From: Euprymna scolopes
Taxonomy: Eukaryota
NCBI GenBank assembly: GCA_053919585.1
Contig: CM132796.1
Length of the DNA: 64,000 nt
Strand: one strand, 5' to 3'
Numbering within the stretch: position 1 is the first letter of the stretch; every line of letters starts with the position of its first letter. A model generated the notes under the pieces. That model was not told the origin of the DNA. It made no database searches and saw nothing but the letters and a program-made list of their open reading frames with translations. Shown piece after piece: positions 63,635 through 64,000 of this stretch. Position numbers and translations under genes: made by a program.

Positions 63635-64000
63635 AACAGAAAGATANNNNNNNNNNNNNNNNNNNNNNNNNNNNNNNNNNNNNNNNNNNNNNNNNNNNNN
63701 NNNNNNNNNNNNNNNNNNNNNNNNNNNNNNNNNNNNNNNNNNNNNNNNNNNNNNNNNNNNNNNNNNNNNNNNNNNNNNNTAATAACAAGATAAGTTTTAA
63801 ATACCAATTACCTACTTAGACCAAGTCAATCAAATTACTACCACACCTTTAATGAAACAAATACCTAAACGCCGATGGTTTTTCTCCCAACACATTTTCT
63901 GCGTTACTACGTTCGCACTCAATATATTGATTTAAATTGTTTACAGTTCTTTTTCACTTACATATATTGGAAAATATCAAACTAGAGAATCCTCCAAATA

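Larger units (their letters stand above)
63469..63646. repeat. ~180-bp palindrome of two divergent family-C hammerheads; the right arm runs into a gap
   Basis: 63469-63548 is the reverse complement of 63568-63646. Confidence 0.88.

Noticed and set aside
1401-63807. Many short ORFs with YIYIYI, RERERE, CVCVCV or X-runs
   Set aside because: These are translations of (TA)n, (GA)n and (GT)n microsatellites or N-gaps, not genes.

Overview
This is an AT-rich, microsatellite-rich window from a draft eukaryotic genome, most likely an invertebrate animal, with many N-gaps. It is almost entirely transposon-derived and contains no confidently identifiable intact host gene. Protein-coding elements, all decayed: a full BEL/Pao LTR retrotransposon (29984-35456, minus strand, both LTRs, RT domain deleted in frame) plus a second BEL fragment; a single-ORF CR1/L2-group LINE (39.6-42.9 kb) with several truncated copies; an RNase H-bearing LOA/R1-like LINE; two Naiad-type Penelope-like (GIY-YIG) remnants; and a DD34E Tc1. 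Non-autonomous elements: hAT and Merlin-type MITEs with 8-bp TSDs, a ~3 kb foldback, two 5S rRNA-headed SINEs, and many Helentron-associated (HINE/DINE-1-like) elements. The most striking unexplained layer is RNA. About ten hammerhead-ribozyme (HHR) motifs from at least four sequence families occur here. Three of these families sit in small foldback palindromes; two of the palindromes carry one HHR on each strand. One family is tied to the inverted pLTRs of a Penelope-like element, and another lies directly behind a tRNA-like Pol III head. Head-to-head foldback insertions of retroelement 3' ends recur, including for the LINE. All calls come from manual reading and coordinates of decayed elements are approximate.
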